Source: a virus
Reading direction: 5' to 3' (one strand)
IMG/VR virus record: IMGVR_UViG_3300045988_103846
Length of the DNA stretch: 64,000 nt
Part shown: piece by piece, positions 26,213 through 35,289 of the stretch
Layout of the letters: each line of letters starts with the position of its first letter
Numbering within the stretch: the first letter of the stretch is position 1
The notes under the pieces: generated by a model
What the model was told of the DNA's origin: nothing
What the model saw: the letters and a program-made list of their open reading frames with translations, nothing else
Database searches by the model: none
Translations under genes and position numbers: made by a program

Positions 26213-28273
26213 TTATCGAACGTTTTGTGATAAGTCACTATCTGTGACCTCTCTGGTTTGACCATCAGGGGTAGTTACCCGGATATTCACATTCTTGCCC
26301 TGTCTCATCTGATCCAACATTTGCTGGAGAATGTTGATGATACCAACAAGCTCTTCCCTCTCCCTAGCCTTTCTAGCTTCTTCTGCAGCTTGTCTTTTAG
26401 CTTCACTCTCAGCATCATATTTAGCAGATAGACTATTCACTGAAGCCGTGTTAGAATCTTGGGCAGAGGTGTTAGCTTCAGTAGCTTTCTTGTTTCCACT
26501 CAAAGCCCCGAAAATAAGAGGCAAGAAGGTGAGAATACCTGTGATAGCAAATCCCCAAGGACCAGTGAAGAATCCCAACAACTTACTAGCTATTTTACCG
26601 ATTCCAGCCCCGAAAGCCCCAATCTTACCCAAACCCTTGCCAAGAACTCCAGCAGTCATAGCCCCAGCAGACATCCCTAAAGCTTTTTTCTTTACTGAAT
26701 CTGCTACAGCTTTACTAACAAATTTACCCTTATCATCTCTAACTACCATTCTACCAGATTTGCTCATAGAGGCTGAATAACCGGGTACAGAACCCATAGC
26801 TAAAGCAGCCCAGCCAGGATTGCCCATGACACCAAGCTTCTGCTGGATATTGATACCGTTAAGGATTCTCTGATATTGCTTAGCAGAAATGGTAGCAGCT
26901 TTCCACCCCGCAACCCACACAGCAAATAGGTTTCTACTACCAACTATAGAGTCAGTTTTCCACATCAACCACTTAGATCGAATGATCATAAAGGCTGAGC
27001 TAATACCTACAAGAGTACCAGAGATAAGAGCTAATCCAGCAATAAATTTGCCAAGACCCGTACCTAAACCCTTTCTAAGAACATCAAACACTTTAGTAAG
27101 AGTCTTGAATACCGGGATCAAAACTCCAGAAGCTGCTTCTGTAAAGCTAGCTTTTAAGTTCTGCCAGGTAGACTTCATAGCATTAAACTGACCAGCAACG
27201 GTGGCCATTCTTTGATCTACGATAGATTTAGCATATCCCTCCTCAGTAGACCCTACTTTATCATATAGGCTTCTAAACCCCTCTAGATCTCTCATCAAGG
27301 CCATAGCAGCACGATTACCTCTGACTCCAAAGATACCAGTAGTAAATAAGTTCATCTCAGTCGGATCTAGGTCTTTAGTCACTAACTGAATCGTCTTCAT
27401 GATAGAATATAGATCCTTAAGGTGACCATCTGCCGTAGTGAGATCTTCTTTCGTAAGACCCACAGATTCAAGAAACTTATGACCCTTATAGCTTGGATCT
27501 GAGATAGACTTGTTAAGATACCTGGCCATGTTTGCCAAAGCAGTACCGGCCATAGAACCCTGAATACCCATATTACCAAGAGTACCTATGGCTGCAGATA
27601 CTTCAGGCAGAGTATAACCCAAATTGGTCATATCTGCTGCAGCATACCTAATAGAAGCAGCCAAGTCTTGCATAGATATATTGGCAGAAAGAGTAGCCTT
27701 GGTCATGACATCTCCCACCCAGTTAGCAGCTTTCTCACCTGATAACTGGAAGGTTCTCATCACATTAGTGATGACGTCAGCAGCTCCACCCTTTCCACCA
27801 AGGGCCATACCAGTAGCTCCTGCAGCATAAGTGGCACCTTTGATCATACCCTTGATCTCCTCTGCGGTGTTACCAGCCATAGCCAGGTATTTCATACCCG
27901 AAGCAATGTCTTGAGAACTGAACATGGTTTGAGCACCCAAGTCCATAGCTACATCTTTGAGAGCTGTCATTTGAACTGTAGTAGCTTCAGTGATAGCCTC
28001 AACGGTGGTCATGGTATCTACAAACTCTATTCCATAGGATATCATATCGGCTACTCCAGCAGCCATAGCTCCGAAAGCCGCTAACCCATATTTCCCTATC
28101 TGACCTGCGGCAATGAGATTAGACTGCACAGCAGATCTAGCATCCATCTGGAGCTTACGTATTTGAGCTGAAGCTTGTCCAGCTTGATTAGAAAATCTGT
28201 CATGTAGTACTAGAGCAATTCCGATCTCCATCATTCCTGATTTCGGAACCCCAGCATTAAATCCCAGTGCCAT
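26213..28273 (-). CDS. tail tape measure protein (686 aa)
   Basis: Long A/G/M-rich helical protein with hydrophobic glycine-zipper segments. Located after the tube and chaperone genes. Confidence 0.8.
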   Translation of the reverse strand: MALGFNAGVPKSGMMEIGIALVLHDRFSNQAGQASAQIRKLQMDARSAVQSNLIAAGQIGKYGLAAFGAMAAGVADMISYGIEFVDTMTTVEAITEATTVQMTALKDVAMDLGAQTMFSSQDIASGMKYLAMAGNTAEEIKGMIKGATYAAGATGMALGGKGGAADVITNVMRTFQLSGEKAANWVGDVMTKATLSANISMQDLAASIRYAAADMTNLGYTLPEVSAAIGTLGNMGIQGSMAGTALANMARYLNKSISDPSYKGHKFLESVGLTKEDLTTADGHLKDLYSIMKTIQLVTKDLDPTEMNLFTTGIFGVRGNRAAMALMRDLEGFRSLYDKVGSTEEGYAKSIVDQRMATVAGQFNAMKSTWQNLKASFTEAASGVLIPVFKTLTKVFDVLRKGLGTGLGKFIAGLALISGTLVGISSAFMIIRSKWLMWKTDSIVGSRNLFAVWVAGWKAATISAKQYQRILNGINIQQKLGVMGNPGWAALAMGSVPGYSASMSKSGRMVVRDDKGKFVSKAVADSVKKKALGMSAGAMTAGVLGKGLGKIGAFGAGIGKIASKLLGFFTGPWGFAITGILTFLPLIFGALSGNKKATEANTSAQDSNTASVNSLSAKYDAESEAKRQAAEEARKAREREELVGIINILQQMLDQMRQGKNVNIRVTTPDGQTREVTDSDLSQNVR

Positions 28274-28278
28274 AAATG

Positions 28279-29204
28279 TTATTTTTTAGTTTTGATGCGT
28301 TTGTCTAGCTCACTGTAGTAGTCCTTTGCTAAGTCTAGAAACTTGATACGTCTACGGAGAGGTAGTTTAGCAAAGGACTCGTAATCTATGGGGATCTCTG
28401 CCCGAGAAACATATACAAAGTCTCTCTCTAGATCTCCCCCGGATAGAAAAAATCCTTGATAGCTACGATACTGATAGTCTGTTTCTGATTGGTGACTGGG
28501 TTTTCTATGTCTGTATTGCCCATAAATACAGGGTCATTAGCTAAAACATAGTTTCGAATCTCAATCATATCTTTAGTAGAGAACATAGAGAAGTTATGCA
28601 CTTTCTCATATTTCTCACCAAGCTTTACCTGAAGATTTCTAGCAACGAAAACCTGGTTCTTAGTCTGTTTCTCCAGAGGGAGGTTCATGATGTAAGCTTC
28701 CCCCTTAGCATTGAGCAGATCAAACTTCAACTCTTTGCCAGAAGTAGTAGTGAAAGTCAGATCAGTTGCCTGGCCTCCATTAGGATAGAAAGGTATGGCA
28801 TTCGGCTTAGCATTGAGTTCTTCCTCAGTTGGTATCTGACTATAGTCAAAGATGAAGTCTCTGAGATCCTGCTCATAATTGACCTGACCACCGTCTTGGC
28901 CCCAGTCAAAAGTAAACTCCATGATCTCTCCAAGAGAGAAGATACGAGAGTTGAAAAGAATGCAGTACCTATCGAGAGAAGGTATTAACTGGGCCTCATC
29001 AGCAGTGATTTTAGTCTTGCCCTCTATGTAATCGCAAGAAGTAATGATTGATGCCAGGAACTGAGATATATTCATTCCTGTAGAGGCCAAAGCAGGATTA
29101 GACAGAATGTCATCGTCGGCCCCATTTTGCTCTCTTATCGTCACATTATGACCTGAGGGTGTGACGAAAGTAAATTTCCTTGTTTCAAATACGTTTGTTT
29201 CCAT
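28279..29204 (-). CDS. tail assembly chaperone, -1 frameshift product (about 308 aa; G-T / E-E' type)
   Basis: The -1 frame is open from the slip site to TAA at 28281-28279, 5 nt before the tape-measure ATG. It adds LSGGDLERDFVYVSRAEIPIDYESFAKLPLRRRIKFLDLAKDYYSELDKRIKTKK. Confidence 0.6.
28428..29204 (-). CDS. tail assembly chaperone, zero-frame product (258 aa)
   Basis: Lies between the tube and tape-measure genes and ends 7 codons after a slippery heptamer. Confidence 0.65.
   Translation of the reverse strand: METNVFETRKFTFVTPSGHNVTIREQNGADDDILSNPALASTGMNISQFLASIITSCDYIEGKTKITADEAQLIPSLDRYCILFNSRIFSLGEIMEFTFDWGQDGGQVNYEQDLRDFIFDYSQIPTEEELNAKPNAIPFYPNGGQATDLTFTTTSGKELKFDLLNAKGEAYIMNLPLEKQTKNQVFVARNLQVKLGEKYEKVHNFSMFSTKDMIEIRNYVLANDPVFMGNTDIENPVTNQKQTISIVAIKDFFYPGEI
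28446..28452 (-). promoter_or_regulatory. -1 ribosomal frameshift slippery heptamer U_UUU_UUC
   Basis: The minus strand reads GAT TTT TTC TAT CCG GGG GAG ATC TAG. T_TTT_TTC is in the X_XXY_YYZ phase of the zero frame. Confidence 0.6.
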
Positions 29205-29220
29205 TTTGTTGAGTTGTTAA

Positions 29221-29260
29221 ATTGATAAAAGGGAGGCAGCCCTTCCGAAGACTGTCTCCC
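29221..29260 (-). terminator. rho-independent terminator after the tail tube gene
   Basis: The minus strand reads GGGAGACAG tcttcggaaggg CTGCCTCCC (9-bp stem with one G-U pair), immediately followed by TTTTATCAAT. Confidence 0.7.
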
Positions 29261-29271
29261 ATATAAAAATA

Positions 29272-29736
29272 TTAGAGCTTATTCACAGTACCAACTGAGA
29301 ACTCGATCTCTTCAAGAGTATTATCGGAACTCATCCTGTCTAGATCTTGGCTATTGACCTTGGATGGCCAAACTTCTTCGCAGATCCAGGAGTTAAGGAT
29401 AGATACACCATCCTCAGCAAGCTCATCTACTCTAACCGTTTCCCAATACTCAGAAGGAGTTAGACCACCTCCGAGAATAAGATCTTGGACTGACATGAGC
29501 CAATCCCAGAGCCAAGTGTCAGAACCAGAAGTAGACTCAAGTTTGCGACAAACTAGATTGCCAACAGTGATTCTACCACCGGTCTTTACATCCCTATTGA
29601 TGTCTCCATGTGATACCTGCTCTATCTCAAGCTCAGGTAGAGATACTTCCTGAAACAGATACGGGTTGAGAGGATGCTTAACAAAGGTGATCTGCCAAAG
29701 GAATTTCTTCCTTGGATTCTTTACTTTTGCACTCAT
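29272..29736 (-). CDS. tail tube protein (T4 gp19 / PF06841-like)
   Basis: FLWQITFVKHP...FQEVSLPELEIEQVSHGD...KTGGRITVGNLVCRKLES fits the conserved phage tail-tube pattern. It follows the sheath gene. Confidence 0.7.
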   Translation of the reverse strand: MSAKVKNPRKKFLWQITFVKHPLNPYLFQEVSLPELEIEQVSHGDINRDVKTGGRITVGNLVCRKLESTSGSDTWLWDWLMSVQDLILGGGLTPSEYWETVRVDELAEDGVSILNSWICEEVWPSKVNSQDLDRMSSDNTLEEIEFSVGTVNKL

Positions 29737-29749
29737 ATTGCTTTAGTTT

Positions 29750-31423
29750 TTATTCTGTTGTGATGTCAATAGTGCTGTCAGAAGCAGAGATGATCACATC
29801 CAGGGTGATCTCCTGCATAGTGACTACATCCTTGAACTTCAGCTTTGCGTGGTACTTGCCCTGGCGAACATCAGCCTCTTTGTTTACCTGAAGATCAGAA
29901 TAAGACTGGGCATTCTGATCACCAAGCCACTCGGGTTCGGTCATGGCATTCCTGGTAACAAGGTCATCAAGGATAGGCTTAACCTGATAGAAGATGTTCT
30001 TCCAAGTACTGAAGGTGTTTGGCTCCTCCAGATAGCTCTCAACAATAGGTCTAAGATTCTTCTTGAGATAGAGGATTAAGTTCACAATACCAATGAACCT
30101 GAAGGAATCAGTGATAGGGTTCGAAGTGAAGTTCTGCCATAGCATGGTTCTCTTGCCCGCATACTGAGTATCCTTGATCACGAAGAGGTTCATGTACCAG
30201 TCAGCAAACCTTTGAAGATTCTCCAGCTGTGATGGAGTACCAAGATTAGGCATAACTGGACCAAGAGCATCAGCAACAATTCCTCTGTTTTGTCCGGCAG
30301 GAGAAATCCAGGGACCGTAAGAAGAAGCAGAAGCATCGTGTAAACCCATAACGGTACCCATGACATCGCAATCCCTGAGAATGCCCATATCGTCGTAGTA
30401 CTTGATACCACCGCCGAAGTAGCAGATGAACTTGTCCTGACCAACTTTGTTCACCAACTCTTTCACAGCTGCCAAATAAGTATCTAGAGTGTCGGTAGAT
30501 TTGTACTTAGGTACCTCTACGCAAAGCTTGATCTCCTGAACAGCCTTTACTTTCTTAGCAATAGCCGTGTACACTTCGGTGTAGTTTGTTGGAAGGTGCT
30601 GATGAACATGAGAACATATGAGGTTATACCCATCATTGTAATCAGTCAGAGCATCATAAGCAGTAACCCAATCTGCTGCCAGAGGGGTAGAACTGTCAGT
30701 ACCACAAGTGATACTGTAAACAGTCTCTCCAGCAAGAGCCTCAGAAGGAACATAGTCAGAATGGTTAGTGAGCCAAGCAACAATCCCGTAGATGTCAAGA
30801 TTCTGACCTCCGAATGTTCCAACCACCTCAAAATCAAGGTTTGGAACATTGTTCAAGAAATTCAGAAAAACCTTGGCATCAAATGAACCTTTAGGCTGCC
30901 AAGCCATCATCACCCTCTGATCAACGATATCGTTAACCCCCATAGCTTCAGCTTTAGCCTGAGTCAGGATGATTCTAGACTTAGGACCATCGCTCTCGAT
31001 AGAGAACTTCAGGTAAAGCTTAGAGTACTTGTCGTCAAACTTAGCACCCTGCTGTTTGCTCCTGATCTTGAAGTTCAGGTTAACGATCTCACCGGAAACG
31101 TTCGAAGTGAACGGAACAGAGAACTCTTTTGTAGTGTCTTCGGAAGAAGCATAGCCGTAGGCAGCTCCTGTACCAACTACTCTAGAGATACGCAGTTTTG
31201 AACCCAACTCCAGGGCCTTCTGGATATTCGAGACAGAACCGTCGGGCACAATCTCTGAACCAAAAACTCTCTGGAACTGAGCAAAAGAAGTAATTAGCTC
31301 ACTAGGGTCATTAGCTGGACCCTGAGTAGTACGGGCAATAACGTGTGACACTCCATTGAGAGGTACACTTACCTGCACATTTTGATTGATGAAGTTAAAG
31401 TTAACTTGCGGTGTAGTAGGCAT
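29750..31423 (-). CDS. contractile tail sheath protein (557 aa)
   Basis: Size and position immediately upstream of the tube gene in a contractile-tail module. Confidence 0.7.
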   Translation of the reverse strand: MPTTPQVNFNFINQNVQVSVPLNGVSHVIARTTQGPANDPSELITSFAQFQRVFGSEIVPDGSVSNIQKALELGSKLRISRVVGTGAAYGYASSEDTTKEFSVPFTSNVSGEIVNLNFKIRSKQQGAKFDDKYSKLYLKFSIESDGPKSRIILTQAKAEAMGVNDIVDQRVMMAWQPKGSFDAKVFLNFLNNVPNLDFEVVGTFGGQNLDIYGIVAWLTNHSDYVPSEALAGETVYSITCGTDSSTPLAADWVTAYDALTDYNDGYNLICSHVHQHLPTNYTEVYTAIAKKVKAVQEIKLCVEVPKYKSTDTLDTYLAAVKELVNKVGQDKFICYFGGGIKYYDDMGILRDCDVMGTVMGLHDASASSYGPWISPAGQNRGIVADALGPVMPNLGTPSQLENLQRFADWYMNLFVIKDTQYAGKRTMLWQNFTSNPITDSFRFIGIVNLILYLKKNLRPIVESYLEEPNTFSTWKNIFYQVKPILDDLVTRNAMTEPEWLGDQNAQSYSDLQVNKEADVRQGKYHAKLKFKDVVTMQEITLDVIISASDSTIDITTE

Positions 31424-31424
31424 G

Positions 31425-32099
31425 TTACTTAGAGTTAATGTTTAATAAATATTCTTTATATTCTGTTAAGAAGACATCGATGCTGTTGATTGGCACAAGG
31501 TCATTTTGTATATCTTCCACTTCTCCAACCAAAGTATCATAAATCTTAAACTGGTATACCTTTTCTAATATGCCCAGGTTTATATTACTGTAGTCAAAGA
31601 AGTTCCCCAGCTCTATAAAGATATTACCACTAGTTAGTAATTTCTTTGAAGTATAGGGCTTGATATAACCCCTCTGGGGGATAGACCAAAAGAGTATTTG
31701 ATGTAGCAATCTCAAGTCTTCTTGATTTTGAGCTACCAGATGAATGTCAACATATTGATCTATGGTCTCATAAGGTTCCATATCAATATTAAAACGGACA
31801 GAACCATGAACCTCTTCTTTATTTTGAAGGTACTTGGGAAGGCCTATACTACCAGGGTAGAAGCCCTTAGCATTGATAACTATGCGAGGGGTTATCTTCT
31901 GATCTTTAGAAGAGGCATTCCCAGTACCATATATAAAGATGAATTTAGAAAGGTTTTTCTTATCTTCCTGCATCCTCCTCACATTCTCTTCGGTTTTAGG
32001 AAGATAAGAGTTAGGATCCAGTGTATAGCTTAGATCTATAGCTGTGGTTAGTATAGCTTTATAGATTGATCTCTCTATGATCTCTTGTGAGTTTACCAT
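31425..32099 (-). CDS. hypothetical neck/tail-terminator region protein (224 aa)
   Basis: Tightly packed ORF between the head-completion and sheath genes. Confidence 0.55.
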   Translation of the reverse strand: MVNSQEIIERSIYKAILTTAIDLSYTLDPNSYLPKTEENVRRMQEDKKNLSKFIFIYGTGNASSKDQKITPRIVINAKGFYPGSIGLPKYLQNKEEVHGSVRFNIDMEPYETIDQYVDIHLVAQNQEDLRLLHQILFWSIPQRGYIKPYTSKKLLTSGNIFIELGNFFDYSNINLGILEKVYQFKIYDTLVGEVEDIQNDLVPINSIDVFLTEYKEYLLNINSK

Positions 32100-32674
32100 T
32101 TCACTTGATTTGGTTTAAAGCCTAAAGGGATCAGTTTCCTTCGAATCTCTTGTATGATATTGGCTTTTAGTTTTCTTCGCCCTCCAGCAGTTTCGAATGA
32201 TGGCTTGAACAAAGGTCTACCCGGAATATTTCTTTTAATAGACCCTGTCTCAAGTAATCTGACTAACTGGATAAAGGTTAAGCCTGAGTCTTCACCCCTC
32301 AGAGAATCAGGGTATGGGGCATTGCTTGGAAGACCAATATAAACCCTATCTCCGTAGTTGTATACCCCCAGAGATCTCGACAGTATACCTGTTCTTAACC
32401 AGGGTGAAGTATCGGTCAAACCCTTTTTGGCATAAGTCTTGATAGTCTCGGGGGATAATGGGGCCCAATAAATGCCCTCTGGTCCACCTGAGTATATGGC
32501 ATCTCGTATAAGAGCTATAAGCTTTTTACTGAAGCTATCTACTGCAGAATCATATCCTTGCCTGATAGCTTTGGGTAAACCATCTATGCCAGCAGTGACT
32601 TTTTCCCAGTCTCCCTCAAGCTTGATTTGAACCGTTGGGGCTGGCATGTATACGTTAGTAGTATAACGAGGCAT
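32093..32674 (-). CDS. hypothetical tail-completion protein (possibly HK97 gp10-like)
   Basis: Position, plus a weak TGILSRSL motif. Confidence 0.4.
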   Translation of the reverse strand: MPRYTTNVYMPAPTVQIKLEGDWEKVTAGIDGLPKAIRQGYDSAVDSFSKKLIALIRDAIYSGGPEGIYWAPLSPETIKTYAKKGLTDTSPWLRTGILSRSLGVYNYGDRVYIGLPSNAPYPDSLRGEDSGLTFIQLVRLLETGSIKRNIPGRPLFKPSFETAGGRRKLKANIIQEIRRKLIPLGFKPNQVKW

Positions 32675-32677
32675 AGC

Positions 32678-33457
32678 CTATATGGATCGTTCTGAATATC
32701 CACACTTATTGAATACGAAGACAGGTATACCTCCTGTCTTGTACATCTGTACAGCTACTACCTGAGCTTCAGTAGCAGGAGCTATGTCAAAAGATTCACT
32801 GAAGTATATCTTACCGCTCTCACAGGATATAGATTTAGAAGTGATGTTAGTATTAACAGCCATGATAGAAGCTGTATACTGACCACCTTTCAAGGACTCC
32901 CAGTAGGCCTTTTTCAACTGAATGATAGGAGCAGAAGAAGTACTGAACACTACATCTCCAGGCTTGAGAATTATGGAGTTTGACTCATTTGTATATAAGT
33001 TGTCTGGATGAGTGAGTGTTATGTAGTTCCCCTTATTCTCGAGGTATTGATACAAACCTTGTGGGGTCCATAGTCTCTCAACCTCATCACCCGAATAGTC
33101 AGCATACTTGGCTTTTAGAGATCCGTCGCCGCTTATCCACATGCCCCACACTTGGGTGCTTATATCGCGATCTAAGAAGATCGCCATACCATCATAACAA
33201 CCAACAAAACTACTAGACCCACCAACTCTACCTAAAAGATAGGCTATAATCTCTTCCAGGGTATCATCTGGCTGTGGCTCATATGTAAGATCTATAGAAC
33301 TGAAATCTTTTGGTGTAATGGTTTTATTAGTAGAACCCTTTATCACAGCTGATAGAAGTGCCTTAAGGGTTGTATATTCTGTAGCACTTATCTGGATCTT
33401 CTCATCCCCCTCGGGAACTTTGAAGAGAAGAGTGTTTATATTGGGAAAGAGAGGCAT
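32678..33457 (-). CDS. hypothetical virion protein
   Basis: The track's start is a TTG at 33466. The ATG at 33457 (MPLFPNINT...) lies 2 nt after the upstream stop. Confidence 0.55.
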   Translation of the reverse strand: MPLFPNINTLLFKVPEGDEKIQISATEYTTLKALLSAVIKGSTNKTITPKDFSSIDLTYEPQPDDTLEEIIAYLLGRVGGSSSFVGCYDGMAIFLDRDISTQVWGMWISGDGSLKAKYADYSGDEVERLWTPQGLYQYLENKGNYITLTHPDNLYTNESNSIILKPGDVVFSTSSAPIIQLKKAYWESLKGGQYTASIMAVNTNITSKSISCESGKIYFSESFDIAPATEAQVVAVQMYKTGGIPVFVFNKCGYSERSI

Positions 33458-33459
33458 AG

Positions 33460-33969
33460 TTAACAACGGTTACAATTACACTTTCCAGCTTTATACTGGT
33501 CTAATATAGCCTTAGACTCTTCTGGACTCATTCTCTGTAGAATGATGAAGAAGAGAAGTGCTTTGTCATTACTTTGAGCTACCTGGGTATCTCCTGAAGG
33601 CTGGTACACATGTCCATTAAGGATGAATCTGTCTTCAGCCCAGTTAAACCTCCAGTAGCCATATTCGTCAAGAAAACCCCGGGATCTTAGTAGATCAGCC
33701 GAGATATAAAGTACACAGTCTGTAGCATCAAGCTCTCCAGAGATATAGTTCTGCTGGTTATTGCTTGGCCAAGTCTTGATGTAGTTGTAGTGGAAAAGAC
33801 CCTCTAGATCATGTTTAACATAGGTTTCATCTGAGTCTTCTCCCCACTCTGACATGAGAGGAACTTTCTCTAGCCATACAAAAGGCTGTTTGCCAGCATC
33901 GTTATTGATAAACTTGTTGACAATGTTCTCATATCGTCTCCAAGCTTTGGAAGATACAAAAGAACCCAT
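33460..33969 (-). CDS. hypothetical head-tail joining region protein (169 aa)
   Basis: ATG ORF sharing 1 nt with the upstream stop. Confidence 0.55.
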   Translation of the reverse strand: MGSFVSSKAWRRYENIVNKFINNDAGKQPFVWLEKVPLMSEWGEDSDETYVKHDLEGLFHYNYIKTWPSNNQQNYISGELDATDCVLYISADLLRSRGFLDEYGYWRFNWAEDRFILNGHVYQPSGDTQVAQSNDKALLFFIILQRMSPEESKAILDQYKAGKCNCNRC

Positions 33970-34826
33970 TACTTAATCACTTCAAGAGGATCTGGGCCTC
34001 CCAAGAAAGTATTGTGTCTTCGATTCTCTACCCTTGGCACTACTACCCGTTTACTTGGTCTGCTGCATATAGGGAGATATATCTCTAACCTCTCAGCCAG
34101 CATACAGATATTAGCTTTCAAAAGGTCTATGAGACCATCTGGTTTCATAGCTTTAATGATATTGGCAGAATAATCTGAGCTAGCTGTAGCTGAATCGAAG
34201 TACTCCACTTCGGTTGGTCCAGTGGTTATATGTTTAACATTTCCAGCCCTATCACCACCATTCTCTTCTGAAGAGTCTGGGGTATATTCAGAACTACTGC
34301 TCTTATTGCTGGAATACACATAATTAGATAGAGCCTGCACCATCTGATTTACTTTCAGAACCATGTAGTCGTATGCAGCCAATTCCATGATTAATTGGTT
34401 CTCTAGAGCTTCATAATAAAGCTCATTAGAATATTCTTCTACGGGAACGTCATGATTCACTAGAGGCTGTAAATACAGCTGCCATTTCTGAATAAATTTT
34501 CTCTTTTGGGAGAAATCGAGCTCCCCGAATATATCAGAGGGAAGATAGGCATCTATCAAATGGTAAATGGTATCAGACAGGGTTGTGTGAACCTTATCTG
34601 ATACCAAGATGTCTTGAATGCAGCTACCCACCATCTGACCATCTGCAAAGTACCTGAGACTTACAGTGTATCTTCTGGACTGCTCATAAGTATGTACGGG
34701 CTCCCTTTCGGTAGAGGTAGAACCATCCCCGAAGTCCCAGAGAAGAGTGAAGTCTTCTACATCCCGGGAGTAGTTCAAGAAAGTTACAGTCAGCTCCTTA
34801 CAGGAGAAGGTGAATTCTGCATTCAT
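33969..34826 (-). CDS. PKD-domain-containing virion protein (285 aa)
   Basis: N-terminal FTFSCKELTVTFLNYSRDVEDFTLLWDFGDGSTSTEREPVHTYEQSRRYTVSLRY matches the PKD signature WDFGDG....HtY...G.YtV.L. Confidence 0.7.
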   Translation of the reverse strand: MNAEFTFSCKELTVTFLNYSRDVEDFTLLWDFGDGSTSTEREPVHTYEQSRRYTVSLRYFADGQMVGSCIQDILVSDKVHTTLSDTIYHLIDAYLPSDIFGELDFSQKRKFIQKWQLYLQPLVNHDVPVEEYSNELYYEALENQLIMELAAYDYMVLKVNQMVQALSNYVYSSNKSSSSEYTPDSSEENGGDRAGNVKHITTGPTEVEYFDSATASSDYSANIIKAMKPDGLIDLLKANICMLAERLEIYLPICSRPSKRVVVPRVENRRHNTFLGGPDPLEVIK

Positions 34827-34831
34827 GGTGT

Positions 34832-35212
34832 TTAGTTATTGTTTACTTCGGCCTTGATAGCTTCAAGGATATCCAGAGCCTTGTCTGACTCCTCTACTTC
34901 AATGTCGTAGAGAGCAGCAATGGCAGTCAGGTCAGCCTTCTTGTAGAGCTTGAGAATTTTCTTATCCTCAACGCCCTTAGAGAGCTCATCAAGAAGAGAG
35001 TCTCTAAGCTCTTCTGGGGATAGAGCCTTTGGCTCTTCTACGGTAGCATAAACCAGATGACCTCCTCTCAATGCACCAGCAACTCTGCCGGAATTGAGCT
35101 GACGAAGATTGAGTTCTACCGTCTCACCTGGACGAACTGAAATACCCTGGACTGGGTCTCTGAAGAAACTTGCTTTTGGGCCGAGTTTCACAAACTTATT
35201 AGATGTTGCCAT
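34832..35212 (-). CDS. hypothetical head-associated protein (126 aa)
   Basis: ATG ORF downstream of the capsid gene. Confidence 0.55.
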   Translation of the reverse strand: MATSNKFVKLGPKASFFRDPVQGISVRPGETVELNLRQLNSGRVAGALRGGHLVYATVEEPKALSPEELRDSLLDELSKGVEDKKILKLYKKADLTAIAALYDIEVEESDKALDILEAIKAEVNNN

Positions 35213-35289
35213 ATTTGATGTTGAGTTAAGTTAAGGGAGCCCCAAAGAATTATGGAGCCCCCAAATATTTAGAAATGAGCAAGAAAGGC

